DNA of 64,000 bases, from the NCBI GenBank assembly GCA_951406725.2, contig OX597829.1, forward strand, positions 43,772,001 to 43,836,000, given 5' to 3'. Below the pieces are notes generated by a model. It made no database searches. It saw nothing but the letters and a program-made list of their open reading frames with translations, and was not told the origin of the DNA. The stretch is from Octopus vulgaris. Lineage: Eukaryota. The first letter of the stretch is position 1. Every line of letters starts with the position of its first letter. This document shows positions 42,291 through 56,928 of the stretch, one piece after another. The position numbers and the translations under genes are program-made.

Positions 42291-43359
42291 GCTGCTGCTG
42301 CCTCTTGCTGAAAGCCTCCATCCTCTTTTTGTGAATGGGACAGTCCCTCTTTAAGTGGCTTTCGCTGCTGCAGAGAAAACATTTTGGCTTTCGCCCCTCC
42401 ACAGCAACGTTTAGCCTGGTGCCGTCCGGCAAACTTACGAAATCAGGGACTTTACTTATATTCTCTTGCTGAATTTGCGCAAGAAGAAGCACTCCCATCC
42501 CCAACCAGTTTTTCGCCCTCACTCTCCTGACATCTAGAATGGTGGTAGTGTCCTCTATATCATAGAGGACAGCTGCCACCAGCCATGACATATTTAGCTC
42601 AGGGGGGACGAGGTCGATTTTTATTTTTGTTACTCTTCGCCCGAGGTGGGTCGGAATTAGTAACAAATTCTCAGTTTGCAAGGGCGAAATGGCGTTCGCC
42701 CTTGCAAGCTCCTCTGTTGGGAAGCGAACCTCCACGGTTCCAAAACGCTTCCCCTTGGTTACGTAGCTCTTTTGGGCCCAAATGGGCTTTAGAGCTATCT
42801 CCAACTGTTGGGGTGTGGCATTTGTTATTCTTTTTAGTTTTCTGTCGAAAACTTTGTAAATTATTGTTTGCTTTTTGGTGCTTTCAATCACCTCTTGTGG
42901 AGTATTGAGGAAGATACCATTGCCATCCTTCCTTAACAATTCCTTCGCTCTTTTCACATCTTCTAGAGTTATCTTAACTTCCTCCGAAATTTGCTTCGCA
43001 GCAGAAGCAAAATTGTTGGAAGTTTTTTCTTTTATCTCCGTGTCAATGTTTGTGTTGATTTTTGCATTTGTTTTTTCTTCCTCCTCCTTCCGTACCAAAG
43101 CATTGGGTGAAGGCAGAGGGGGAAAATCGAGAATTACGTCGAACGCGACGTCCTGGCTTGCATTCTCCTTTTGAACCGAGCTCGTGCTCTGCGGTTCGGA
43201 AGGAGAATCTTTGTTGCCTTTTAAGGCGTGAAGTGGGTGTTTTGTACGAGTTGTGTGTGTTTGCGGAGGGAGTGTATCTTGAAGGAAGGAACAGCCAACT
43301 GTTCGCTTCATAGCCATGTTTTTTTTTGTTGTAATATTCAAAATGTTGAAAAATGTCAA
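41455..43359 (-). CDS. LINE ORF1 (gag-like nucleic-acid-binding protein)
   Basis: 634-aa open frame with a CCHC knuckle (CFLCSSESHLKRDC), a polyQ and Pro/Thr-rich region and a basic NLS-like PPKKKRRKKQK; lies directly upstream of ORF2. Confidence 0.88.
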
Positions 43360-43549
43360 ATGTTCAAAATTTTAAAACGCAATTTCACCCCGAATGGGGC
43401 AAAATTTCGCCCAACCGACGAGCTCCGCAAGAAGCCGGTCGGTTTGGCTACAAAAATATTAAAAAATATTCAAACCTATTAATAGATTTCCAATGAAATT
43501 GGTGTCAAATTCACGGAGCTGATTCACGTACGTCTATCGGCGTCGGAAG

Positions 43550-43585
<36 letters not shown>

Positions 43586-44171
43586 TGATGATGATGATGA
43601 TAATAATAATATAAAGACACAGTCATTCTGTCTCTCTCATCTTCCGACCACTTTATATATGTTCCACATGTTTCCCCTCAATCTCACTCTACAATTTTTT
43701 TCCCAGTGTCTTTCGATTTCCTTCTCTATTACGTCTGCTGTGCTTCTTCCCTAATTACTCACTCCATCACATTCTCGTTCTTTCCACATCCTCTTATTGT
43801 CGCTGACTCTTATTTCCCCCCCCCTTTTTTTTTGTTCTGCTCCTCCCGTCTTGATTTTTTCATTTATCTAAACACACGCGTGCACGAATATGCATGTGAC
43901 GCATTCGCGCGCATAGACTCAAACGAAATACGCGCTACCTACCTATATAGAGACATCTACCCCACATTGCCTCTCGTGTATAGTAACCACCTTATGCTAC
44001 CGACTCTGTTTCCTTCTTTCTTCTATGCACATACACATTCCACATACATATGCAGATACACCATCGATATATGTATATATACATGTGTGTATGTGTATGA
44101 GTGTGCGCGTATACATACATACATACATATATATATATATATACATATATGTATATATATATATGTATATA

Positions 44172-44235
<64 letters not shown>

Positions 44236-45056
44236 TGTGTGTGTATGTGTATGTGTGTTGCGTATACATACAAACATACACACACACACACACACGCACA
44301 TATACATACATATATATGTGTGTGTGTATATGTGTGTGCGTATACATGCATATATATATATGTATATATATATGTGCGTATCTATGTATACAAATATATA
44401 TGTATATTTATACATACACACTCACATACGCACACATTAATATATATATATAGGTATGTATACATATATGTATGTATGCAATTGTATAGCAACTCTTGCA
44501 CTCTTGTACATTTTCCTCTACTTTCACTTTCACGTCGCCACCCCTCTATCCACTCCCACCACTCCCATCTAACCTTCTTTCACTTACTTTCACTTCTTTT
44601 CTCTGGAACGTACCTTGTTCGGTTTTTCTATCGAGGCATCATCTTCATTGCCCTAATCTATAACCGCACGATAACACACACCACGGCACACCTCTTCTTG
44701 CCAGAATCTTTTTCCCCTCTTCTTGTTCCTCTCCCTCTGTCGCTCTCCCTCATTTTTACTCACTTTCTCTCGTTCAGTCCACCTCACTCTCCCTCTCTCT
44801 CTCTCTTGCTCTCTTTCCGATCAATTCACCTCTTAGCCGCTTCTCATCGAGTCAGAGGTGATTAGAGTATTTTGAATTGTCCAAGAGTATCAGATGCACA
44901 AGAGATGATATCGATGACGTCAGAGCAAACTATCTCTTATGGCGCCAACTTAATACATGCTTACATTCGCACATAACAAAAAAGCGCACGTATTTATTAT
45001 TTGTGTACGCGCGTGTATACGCGATTTCTGAGTGTACGTGTGTACATCTACATATA

Positions 45057-45103
<47 letters not shown>

Positions 45104-45119
45104 ACATACATACACACAC

Positions 45120-45208
<89 letters not shown>

Positions 45209-45358
45209 TCTACAAGCACAGATGTATATTAGCGTTTGTACGCATGCACACGGACATCAATCGGATACATAACTATTTTATGTCAGCCATTTTCATATAT
45301 GTGCGTATGTGTGAGCATGTGTGTAGATATGTCTCTCTTTATATACATGTATACACAT

Positions 45359-45393
<35 letters not shown>

Positions 45394-46514
45394 CACATAC
45401 TTATATATATATATATACATATACATATATACACACATATACACACATATACACACATATATATGAGTGTACGTGTGTTCATGCACATTACTTTAATTTT
45501 ACTCTGCACAAAAGATCTCTCCAGCCACGTGTACATGAAGTAGTGCAGACTCGTAGATAGATAACTCTGTGTGTGTGTGTGTATGCGTGCATGTGTGTGT
45601 GTGTGTGTGCATATGTGTGTGTGACTGTCTGTCTGTCTGTGTCTGTATCTTTCTATGGGTTTGTGTGTATGTTTCTATACGTACGCATGTATATATGAAT
45701 GTATGTATACATACATACCCATATGAATTTCAAATAAATTTATGAATGTATTTATCTATATCTCTATGTATGTATGTGTGTATGTATAAATGTATGTATG
45801 TATGTATGTATGTATGTATGTATGTATGTATGTACGTCTTAACATATGTATTTATGTATTTGTCGTTCTGTCCGTCTGTCTGTTTTTCTGTACTTATGAA
45901 CTTGTGTTCATGCGTATGTGTGTGCGTGTAAGACGTGGTGTCTTCGCTGGCAAGCATGTTTCCGTGTGTGCATCTTGTGAACAAATGAACGAACTCGCAG
46001 TAGAATGTAGGTTGTACTCAAGCAACAGCGCTGGTACTAAATACATTCATACATACATACATACATACACACACAGACTTATATATATTATATAAATGTG
46101 AGGCTATGTTTGTAGATACCCGGATACTCTAATGGAGACGATAGATATTCGCACAACTATATACTTATATGAATACACACGTAGCACTAACGCAAGGATA
46201 TTGGAAGCGCATATAAAGCACATTTTATGTATACAATGTCTAAGACACAATATGGATACATTGCAGCATTTAACATAAGCAAGCATTTTGTATTCATCGT
46301 TCGAACAATCTCTCTAAACAAGAAGGAAATACACCCACAGAAAACATCGATGTAGACGTTCGCATGCCCAAGTACGCACACACACACACACATTCGCACA
46401 CACACACACATACACACACATACACACACACACACATACATACACACACACACACATACACACACATACACACACACATACACATACATACACACACACA
46501 CACATACACACACG

Positions 46515-46559
<45 letters not shown>

Positions 46560-46940
46560 GCACAAACTAACACATATGCATATTTTATATGCAGAGATGA
46601 ACAAGCCAAAAGCGGACAAAGAAAACGAAGCAAACGAAACGAAAAGTAGTATCAACCGATGCCTTCCTTCTTTTTGATAATATATAGAGTTCGAATATAT
46701 ATATATATGTGTGTGTCACGTGATAGCTTGGCAGACGGCAGGGAAGAGAGCAAAAATAAAAGGGAATGAAAATATTAGATTTAACTTACCGTTTCGTCGC
46801 ATCGTATTTCCGTGCGTAGATAAATGCTCTGGAAACGCAGGTCACATTCTTACGTCACATGCTGCGTAATGTTAAGAACAAAATGGATGGACTCACGCCA
46901 ACGAAAACAGCCATTATCCTTATTATTATTATTATTATCA

Positions 46941-46971
<31 letters not shown>

Positions 46972-47007
46972 TATTATTATCATTATCATTATTATCATTA
47001 TTATTAC

Positions 47008-47480
47008 TTTTTTTTTCTTCTTTCAAATTTTCTTCCATTTCTTGCCGAGTGTCTTCCCGACTCCTAGGGCAAAGAAACTCATAGTGTATATTGGTAGGCC
47101 ATTAAACCAAACTCAGTAGTTCGTTCATATTTTTTTTTTTTTTTTTTTAAAAGTTAAATTAAAATACATGAGCAGCAACAGTTCTCACATCGACAATGCT
47201 CTTCTCAATACGTGTGATGTACCAGTTAAGACAATCTTTTGCACTTCTTGCAGGGATGGTAAGCCAGGGATCATTCTCATATAATTTTCGGTTCCCTTCT
47301 TGATCATTCCTAGTGCTCCTACGATCACTGGTATTGTAACCGCCTTGAGATGCCACATTTTCTCAATTTCAATGAGTAGGTCTTTATATTTTCTGAGCTT
47401 GTCAAACTCTTTCGCTGAGATATTATGATCACAGGGGATGCTCATGTCGATCAATAAGCAAACTTTATTGTTTTGGTCTT
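47008..47480 (-). mobile_element. 5'-truncated RLE-type (R4/Dong-like) LINE in (AAT)n
   Basis: KDQNNKVCLLIDMSIPCD...DKLRKYKDL...IPVIVGALG...HVLRRALSM*, followed by a 3'UTR; (AAT)n-type tracts on both sides. Confidence 0.88.
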
Positions 47481-47530
47481 TATTATTATTATTATTATTA
47501 TTATCATTATCATCATCATCATCATCATCA

Positions 47531-47736
<206 letters not shown>

Positions 47737-47779
47737 TTTATTATTATTATCATTATCATCATCATCATCATCATCATCA

Positions 47780-47823
<44 letters not shown>

Positions 47824-48439
47824 GTTATTATTATTATTATTATCATCATCATCATCATTATTATTATTATTATAAATATTATTATTATTATTATTATTAT
47901 TATTTTTAGTTTGTTGTTGTTGTTAATATTATTATTTTGTTGTTGTTATTATTATTGTTGCTGTTGTTATTGTTATAATTATTATTGTTGTTGTTGTTAT
48001 TATTATCATTATTGTTATTGTTGATGTTGTTGCTTTTGTTATTTTTATCATCATTATCATCATTACATTTTTACTTTTCATAGATCTCCCGATCATACTT
48101 GCTCTAGTTAATTCTGTGAAGTATCGTGAAACTTACTGCACATCTGAATTCTAGTACTTACACGAAAGTGTTAATGACAATTAGCCAAAACTCATGTCGG
48201 ATCAGAGGAAATATTAACAATGACAAATAGTAAAAAAATGAAAATAATATTATCAGTGATGATAATAATAACAATGAAAGGAAGCGGTTGGAATTTCTCC
48301 ATCTCCTTATTGAGGATACATCTAGTGATGGTGTCACGGTGAAAACACTGGTAACTGCTTAACCTGATAATCGATACCTCATATGAGTGACAATGAAAAC
48401 ACAAAAGATTGTGAATAATGATGTTAATGAAACTGAAGC

Positions 48440-50260
48440 GCTTGATGGTGACAGTGTTGCACCCGACAGGCTCACAGATACAGGTCCGGCTCCAGCTTGC
48501 CGTTATCCAACAATGGACCAGCACACACGGCGTAGATAGAACAAACATGTCAATGCTGTGGTCATAGAATGTTACAACCTGAGCAACCCTGTAGACGAAA
48601 ATGGTGCTCATATTAGGTGATACCGACAACGTATGTATGATCAATGGAGCGAAAGAGGATTGTTTCAACTCACAGAACAGAGATTATGTAATCAAGCTAG
48701 AGCAATACGAAAAAAATCAATGTTTCACAGAAGTAGAGCTTGAAGCTATCAAAAGACGGGTATTGGAAAACAGCTGCAAAGGAAACAATAAAAATACAGT
48801 TCTTATTGATAAAAGTAAACACATATCAGAAAAGAGGTGATATCTCTAATAAACCAAAGGAAAGAAACGGTGATAGCTTGCTCTATGAGAGACATATAGA
48901 TGGTCTAGAAGAAGACAATAGAACTAATGGTGGCATGATAAATGAGTAAAAGGCAATCTACGATAGAATAAAGGCAAGGCTACAGGAGAATGACAGCCAG
49001 ATTAGTTGCAACCTTAAAAAGGTTGACCGGTGGAAATTGACCGGTGGAAATTGAACCAAGAAACGAAAAAGGTGAATGAAATTCTGAAATACATCAGAAC
49101 AAAAACATCATAAAAACAAATAATTTGATCAAGGCAACAAGTATTGTTGTAGCAGAAAATGTTGGTGTTGATGTCAAGAAAAAGAAATGTAATGGGAGTG
49201 ACTAAAGAAAAGATCCATGGTGGAAAAGAAGAAAACAGGCGGGAATAGATATGCTCTCGAAGGACATTTCTGTATTAGACCAAAACGAGAAGCGGGAGCT
49301 TAAAAGCGAACAAAAATACAGGGCACTGAACAGGAAGTATTATATTGAAAGAAAGGGCCTGAAAGTTGTAATTGTGGAACTGAAACGGTGCCTCATCGCA
49401 AAGAAAGCAAAGATGGTAAGATATGAGCAAAAAATGAAGGGATACCAGCAGAATAAGTTATTCAGAGTAGATCAGAAGAGATTATATAACAAAATAAATG
49501 GAGAGTGTACAGATGAAAAGTTGATACCAGATAACATTGAAAGTCAAAGGTTTTGGAGTGACATCTGGAGCAAAGACAAGGATCACAAGAAGGATGCTGA
49601 ATGGTTGCAAGAACAGAAACAAACAGATATAACCAGTCATTTCAGTTAGGTAAGTGAAGAAAATCAACAAAAAAATGGGCAACTGGAAGGCCCCGGGACC
49701 AGATAGAATTTAAGGCTACTGAATCAAAAGATTTGGTGAATGTCATGCACGAATAGCTGCACAACTCAACGCCTTGTTAAATGCTGACCAGGTAACACCA
49801 GACTTAGTAATCTGATCTCTGAAAGCTTAATGCGACGGGAAAAAATCGCTAAGCATCTAGTATCCAGGGTCTTTCCCACGGATCATATCTAGGTGGACAG
49901 TACAGATCAAAAATCATATCTGCTTGATTACAGAATTGTAAAGAAAGATAAGGAAAAATTTAAAAAAAAAAACACTATCTCTTAACATTTGAAATTGCAA
50001 GAATATGGAGTATGAAAACTGTAAAGTTTGAGCCTGTAATAATTGATGCATTGGCAACCGTAAGCAAATATATAGACAAATGGTTGAAGGATATTAGAAT
50101 ATAATGCCCCATTGAGCTTCTACGCAAAGTTTGCCTCTTAGGGACAGGAAAGATTATCAGGAGGGTTTTAAGCACCTGACCGTCTATTGAAAGCTTATGG
50201 ATACCTAAAGTTACAGGTAGTAACCCTCTAACCCTCTACCTATATAAATTCTACCGGGAC
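48440..50260 (+). pseudogene. Internally deleted, degenerate R4/Dong-like LINE
   Basis: N-terminal ECY...YRQRMYDQW...TEQRLCNQARAIRKN, PWWKRR, RYEQK...QNKLFRVDQKRLY and NWKAPGPD, then a jump to the C-terminal PVIIDALATVS...CLLGTGKIIRRVL; most of the RT is missing. Confidence 0.82.
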
Positions 50261-51104
50261 ACATGCACAAAATTGAAATCTTACAAATTTCTTGTATTCT
50301 CACTCTGTCAATGTACATACATACTGCAGACGAAACAAGAATTGATAAGGAAAGTTTATTTATAAAAAATACAAGCCACTGCTGAACAGGCTATTAAAAA
50401 CATCTGTAGTACACGATTCTCCTTCCACTATGAATTAAGTATTGTAGAATGTAGACTTAGAGTGGTTGTTAAGAAAACCAAAATGCATGTAGCAGCTGTC
50501 CTATCTTATTTTCTCAAAACCTCGTTATCTTACCCCAGACCATTTTAGCGAGGAAGTGGTATGTTTTAGCATGTTCAATATGAGGAAACTAACATTAACT
50601 GATAACATTGTTCTTCGACAGAATGATAGACAATAATTATCAATAACACTTTTATGTAAGCAATTGTTATGTCACTTAATCATATCTCTCTTTTCTAACT
50701 GTTATATGACATATTCAACGGAGAAATGCTTTAATGCGCCCTTCTAGCGCGACTGTCATATGAGCGTAATACATGAACGGAGACCCATCAATTTATACGT
50801 TAAAGGAGGGTGTTCTGAGACATATCCCTACTTCATAAAACAATAAAATTTTTATAAGAACGGCCAGAATAGACATTATTTTCAACAAAGCTCCATATAC
50901 TATGCTCTTTTGAAACCCTAGTGAAACTGAAGTGCATTCTTATATTTTATAGAATAATGAAATTCTATTTAATTCTGATATTTTCTCTCTGCATGTTCAT
51001 CTTCATTTTTCTATTCCTCTACTTCTTTGGATTAATAGCAAATTATATAAATTGAGTTCTATTCCATCCTTTTACTTTAGGGGGTTCCAAAGTAGATTGC
51101 TAAT

Positions 51105-51437
51105 AAAGTATGAGCATTTATGGAAGACGTATCCTATATAAACTCAACAAACAATTAAAAATAGATAAGGGAAGATGTTAAAACTTTTATAAAATTTTGA
51201 TCCATACATACGATCGTTTCGAACGGTAATATTAACAAGTAAGAAACTTGGAAAAATTTAAAAATTAATTTAATTATAATTATATTTAAATCAGTTTTTA
51301 AATCCTTCCATGTTTCTTACATGTTAATGTTCGAAACTATGGATTAAGATTTATATAACTTTTAACATCATTTCTTCTCCATCTTTAATTGTTTGTTGAG
51401 TTTATATAGGATACGCTTTCTATAAATGCTCATAACA
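51105..51437. repeat. Degenerate fold-back (MITE- or Penelope-like)
   Basis: tatgagcatttat...cgtatcctatataaactcaacaaacaattaaa is mirrored at 51385-51434. Confidence 0.8.
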
Positions 51438-51512
<75 letters not shown>

Positions 51513-51549
51513 TTTAAAATCTACATATATATATATATTCTTTCAAATC

Positions 51550-51586
<37 letters not shown>

Positions 51587-51593
51587 TTTCAAA

Positions 51594-51646
<53 letters not shown>

Positions 51647-52136
51647 TTTCAAATCTACCTACAAGGCTTTCGTCGACTCGAGCCTATAGTGGATGATTCT
51701 TGTCCAAGTTGCTACGCAGTTGGACTAAATCGAGAACTATTTGGATGGGAGGCAAGCTTCCACCCACACAGCCACTTATATATGTATCTAAGAGAGCGGG
51801 CGTGTTTGCGCGCGTACGCTCGTTTGCATGTGTTTTTGCGGTTATATGTTCATTTGGTTGACGTCCTGGGTCATGAAGCTAAACTTGCCCTTATGCCGTG
51901 TCAATTCTTCCAATCCTCCCCTACCTTATATCATGTATAATCGTTTTCTTTGTCGACTCATGTGATTAACCAAGCGTCGACCGTTCTGTGGTAATGATTT
52001 TATGTATATATATATATACATATATGTATGTATGTGTAAGAGAGTATATATGTATATATATATATGTATGTGCATGTGTATATCTATATATATATATAAG
52101 TATATATATATACTATATATATAAATATGTATATAG

Positions 52137-52192
<56 letters not shown>

Positions 52193-52367
52193 TATATAGA
52201 TATACATGTATACATATATATTGTATTTTTTAAATTTTTTTAATTATTGTTTTTTGTGAGTGAAGATATATATCCAACCATTAACGATATAATTATTACA
52301 TGTTCCTGAATAGATAGCTTAAACAACCAGATGACCAACAAAATAATATATTGACATGATGATATCG

Positions 52368-52534
<167 letters not shown>

Positions 52535-52687
52535 CATTATTATTATCATTATCATCATCGTTAATAATAATAATAATAATATTGTTTTGCTCTTGCCCTA
52601 ATTTGATTATTATTATTAATATTAATATTATTATTGTTGTTATTATTATTATTGTTGTTATTATTATTATTGTTGTTATTATTATTA

Positions 52688-52760
<73 letters not shown>

Positions 52761-52887
52761 TATTACTATTATTATTATTATTATTGCTATTATTGTTGTT
52801 GTTGTTGCTATTATTGTTGTTATTATTATTATTATTTTATTATTTTATTATTATATTATTATTATTTTGCTGTTGTTAGTATTATTA

Positions 52888-52955
<68 letters not shown>

Positions 52956-54058
52956 GTTATTATTATTATTGTCATTATTATTATTATCATCATCGTCATC
53001 ATTATTATTATTATTATATATTTTCATAGCCGTTGTTTTTTCCACACAGAAGTAAACCAACTCTCTTCTGCAGCTTATTCAATTTGCTTTCTTGCTTCGC
53101 CATCGTTAAGCCGGTATCAATTATGAGAGTCCGTCAACTTTTAAGTGTCTCAAAGCTCCGCTCCTCACTCGGCCCTGCATGAATCCGCCACTATCTAAAT
53201 TTTTAGATCACTATCGGTGTTATTTCGCAGTGGTTTGGGCTCAGGGTAAATAGAATAGAAATAGAAATAAAGGATGAAAAAAAAACAAACATAATAATTG
53301 TCGCAGAGAGAGAGAGAGAGACACACTCACGTGTAGTTACACATGTATTCCCTGTATGGTGGGTGACACGCGTGCGTTTCATACACATGCATGCTCTCCC
53401 ATACGCATCTACATATATATATATATATATATATATCTATACGCTGCCAAATGCACACAAGCAAATGCAAACATTATGAGACTTACCTTCTATATATATA
53501 TATGTACAATTTTTTTTTATTTGGCACTTGGCGATAAACGAAACAAACTTAAACATCACCAAAAAACCAAAAAAAAAAAAAAATCAAGGTTGAAAAAAAA
53601 AAAAAGGGCTGCTAATGGAGCAGCAGATGTCTCCTTAACTCTGTTCCGCTGTTTAAGTGATCAATCAACTCTTAGTTCATACTGGATGTTTATGAGTGTA
53701 TAAATTTTGTTTTACATGTGTGCTTACAGACATGTGTCTGTGTGCATATGTTTGTACTTACGTGTGTTAAAATCCCCGAATGAGACGTCACAACGTTCTG
53801 AAGCTACTACACTAAAATAAACACATTTTGGGCAATGGCGTGTTTCCGAATTACCTTACTTGTTTTGGCGCGTATTCACACGCAAACACACAACACACTC
53901 ACACACACACATACACACTCACACACACACATACACACTCACACACACACACACACACAATCATCCACAAACACACAGACACAAATACACAGAGAGACAT
54001 TTACTTGCATGGAAGTATATACAAATGTGATTTTATATGTGAATAAATAAATACGTAC

Positions 54059-54059
<1 letters not shown>

Positions 54060-54101
<42 letters not shown>

Positions 54102-54129
54102 CACATACACACAGATGTATAAATGTATA

Positions 54130-54172
<43 letters not shown>

Positions 54173-54200
54173 CACATACACACAGATGTATAAATGTATA

Positions 54201-54242
<42 letters not shown>

Positions 54243-54275
54243 TCACACACATACACACAGATGTATAAATGTATA

Positions 54276-54300
<25 letters not shown>
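54060..54300. repeat. About 3 tandem copies of a 70-80 bp unit
   Basis: cacacacatacacacagatgtataaatgtatactg plus a variable (TA)n. Confidence 0.88.
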
Positions 54301-54313
<13 letters not shown>

Positions 54314-54392
54314 GTATATATATATGTATATATATATGTATATATATATATGTGTATATATATATATATATACATATACATATACATATACA

Positions 54393-54519
<127 letters not shown>

Positions 54520-54536
54520 GTTTATATGCATATATG

Positions 54537-54567
<31 letters not shown>

Positions 54568-54927
54568 GCCTACACACAAAGGAGTAAGTAAACAAATGAA
54601 TGTAAGTAGGATTCATCACATTTGCTTGGAGTTGCTTGTGTTTAATAGCTGTTTGACGCACCTCTTTATTATTCAAAGTTCTGTGGGGGCCTATTCCTCG
54701 TTCTCCTTGTAGTATGTTTTTATATCCGAACGTCTGTGTAATGACAAATCCTACGACAACGGAACTTTAAGTGATGTTGAGCTGCGTCAAACAGTTACTG
54801 AATGTACCTACATACACGCATACACACACAGGCACAAACAAATACACACTCACACGCATATATCTGTGTATATATATATATATATATAGAAATATACACA
54901 CACACATATATATACATATATGTATAC

Positions 54928-54985
<58 letters not shown>

Positions 54986-55201
54986 TGATATATACCTATA
55001 TATATATACATATATATGTGTATATACATAATAGTACAAAGTGAGATAGGAGTTATGAGCGTAACCCACTATGGGATATCAGTTATCCAATATACTGCTG
55101 GTGAAGCACTCAAATGACAAATACATTAATGCTTATAATTGCAATGAAATTAATGCATTTATTGTATTAGATGGGCGAAGGTAAAAATTTTACCTCAAAT
55201 T

Positions 55202-55497
55202 CATAATACAAATAAGAAAATGGAGGAACAAATTCCTTTCAATCATCGACTTACAGATATTACCAATTCATATTATTTATTAACTACAGAAAAAGGAACA
55301 CCCAGGCTGAAACAGCTGTAAGATCAATTTTATGTGTAATATTTTTATGGTATTATCTTACTTATTGATGTACATTGTTTTATTTTGTTGGATTTGGATG
55401 TTCCTTTTTCTGTAGTTAATAAATAATATGAATTGGTAATATCTGTAAGTCGATGATTGAATTGAATCTGTTCCTCCATTTTCTTATCTGTATTATG
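55202..55497. repeat. Fold-back with about 100-bp arms, Penelope-like
   Basis: 55202-55300 is mirrored at 55399-55497; the loop carries a hammerhead 3' half, GAAACAGCTGTA. Confidence 0.82.
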
Positions 55498-55527
55498 TAT
55501 ATACATATATATACGTATATATATACA

Positions 55528-55640
<113 letters not shown>

Positions 55641-55699
55641 ATACATATACATTTATACATATATATACATAGGAGAAAGGGGTACGTTACGCTGCAATA

Positions 55700-55924
55700 A
55701 TATATGTATAAAAATTATATATAAAATTTACAAAAGGGGACAAGAACGCAAACCACACAAAGAGACGACACAAAAAAAGAACAGACAGGTCATTCGAAGC
55801 CTCTAATCTTCAGTCAGGAACCGGATCATCTTAGCAATTTCAACTGATTAATCCTGATATCGCTCCGATCCGGCCAGCCCCAAGTTTCCTTTTGTAAACT
55901 TTATATATAATTTTTATACATATA
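55700..55924. repeat. Short element with about 37-bp terminal inverted repeats
   Basis: tatatgtataaaaattatatataaaatttacaaaagg ... ccttttgtaaactttatatataatttttatacatata. Confidence 0.75.
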
Positions 55925-55925
55925 C

Positions 55926-55972
<47 letters not shown>

Positions 55973-56273
55973 CATATATGTTTATGTCTAAGGTCAGGTA
56001 GGCTATAAAGTTAGAGCATTTCCAGAGAATTACTCGACCCAGATACGGACTATCGACATTGGCGGATTCCAGGCCAAAGCCAGAATTCTTCAGGTGTAGA
56101 AAATCCAAGTTACACGACGATTACACAGGAACGTGGGTTTGGCGAAAGATAAATAAAATTCTTTGACACGTCTTTAATGATTTGCTACAATTTTTTCTGC
56201 ACCAATTCTACTACGCGAATGAAAGAGTACGTAATATTTGCAGTTTTATATATATATATTTATATATACATAC

Positions 56274-56320
<47 letters not shown>

Positions 56321-56475
56321 TGTGTCTGTGTGCGTGCTTTTTTGTGTGTGAATGCATGGCTGAGTGGTAAAAAGCTTGCTTCCCAACGACATGGTTCAGT
56401 GTATTCTACCATAGCTTCAGACTGACCAAAGCCTTGTGAGTGGATTTGGCAGACGGGAACTGGAAGAAGCTCGTC

Positions 56476-56536
<61 letters not shown>

Positions 56537-56551
56537 CATATATATATATAC

Positions 56552-56622
<71 letters not shown>

Positions 56623-56623
56623 C

Positions 56624-56657
<34 letters not shown>

Positions 56658-56827
56658 CTGTGTGTATTTGTGTGTCGGTGTTTTTAAAATTTTAAAAGTT
56701 ACAATAAGAAATGCTCCCTGAACAACGTGGATCGGGGTGCAGACCATCTAGCGCAGTTTGTGTGGTGGTGCAGGGACCCACATAAAAGCTCAGAAAAGTA
56801 TACTCAGGAAAATTAGCAAAATTTTGA

Positions 56828-56921
<94 letters not shown>

Positions 56922-56928
56922 GTAATAA

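Larger units (their letters stand above)
37706..43550 (-). mobile_element. Near full-length non-LTR retrotransposon, Tx1/L1 clade
   Basis: 5'UTR, ORF1, 35-nt spacer, ORF2 (APE endonuclease, RT, C-terminal Zn motif) and 3'UTR with AATAAA (tttatt at +37715-37720) running into an (ATT)n tail. Both sides are flanked by (AAT)n(GAT)n(AAT)n. Confidence 0.95.

Noticed and set aside
41582-42334. 250-aa antisense ORF within LINE ORF1
   Set aside because: A shadow frame over low-complexity sequence with no motifs.
50455-50925. Possible Tc1/mariner-like MITE
   Set aside because: Matching TIRs and a TA TSD could not be identified by eye.
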